Source of the DNA: an uncultured Candidatus Saccharibacteria bacterium
GTDB lineage: Bacteria > Patescibacteriota > Minisyncoccia > Phycocordibacterales > Zambryskibacteraceae
Reading direction: 5' to 3'
DNA: 25,480 nucleotides
NCBI GenBank assembly: GCA_964357345.1
Contig: CAYHKS010000002.1
Coordinates: 1 to 25,480, forward strand
A program made the position numbers and the translations under genes. The notes beneath the pieces were generated by a model that worked only from the letters and a program-made list of their open reading frames with translations, was not told the DNA's origin and did not search any database. Shown piece by piece: positions 25,445-25,480 of this stretch (positions within the stretch are counted from its first letter, which is position 1; each line of letters begins with the position of its first letter).

Positions 25445-25480
25445 AGATTTTAATTATCAATATACCGTAACATGGCAGAA

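Noticed and set aside
1-25480. Alternative genetic code (TGA = Gly/Trp, as in Gracilibacteria)
   Set aside because: TGA ends several genes at ATGA overlaps (8346, 13078, 19810, 23285), and all long ORFs are intact under code 11.
1-25480. tRNA, rRNA, CRISPR arrays, tandem repeats, transposases or defence genes
   Set aside because: Intergenic gaps are nearly all under 110 bp, none shows a cloverleaf or repeat-spacer pattern, and no ORF has nuclease or recombinase motifs.

Overview
The window is almost entirely one tightly packed surface-glycan biosynthesis locus of 21 genes: 19 on the minus strand and 2 on the plus strand, many coupled by 4-20 nt overlaps. It uses genetic code 11 (TGA is a stop). 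Protein style, the O-antigen-ligase/TPR plus flippase pair and the scarcity of Shine-Dalgarno sites suggest a Patescibacteria (CPR, Parcubacteria-like) genome; that taxonomy is inference. Parts: (1) a WaaL/Wzy_C-TPR ligase placed head-to-head with a Wzx-type flippase; (2) a candidate keto-sugar-acid cassette: a KdsB-family cytidylyltransferase with an atypical sugar pocket, a GT2 fused to a Zn-dependent polyol/sugar dehydrogenase, a cyclase-family hydrolase, a D-2-hydroxyacid dehydrogenase and an orphan GT-B-like protein, with no KdsA/NeuB synthase in view; (3) a GC-rich cobalamin-dependent radical SAM gene inside that cassette, with its own SD and terminator; (4) two GtrA/GtrB/GT-C-like lipid-linked glycosylation sets around a divergent junction, including a half-size GtrA and a GtrA-methyltransferase fusion; (5) GT4, GT4 and GT9 transferases and several SAM methyltransferases. 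The leading hypothesis is an undescribed, heavily methylated cell-surface or protein-linked glycan carrying a non-Kdo ulosonate, possibly made by an oxidative, synthase-independent route. No rRNA, tRNA, CRISPR array or transposase was seen. All calls come from motif recognition by eye; no database searches were run.
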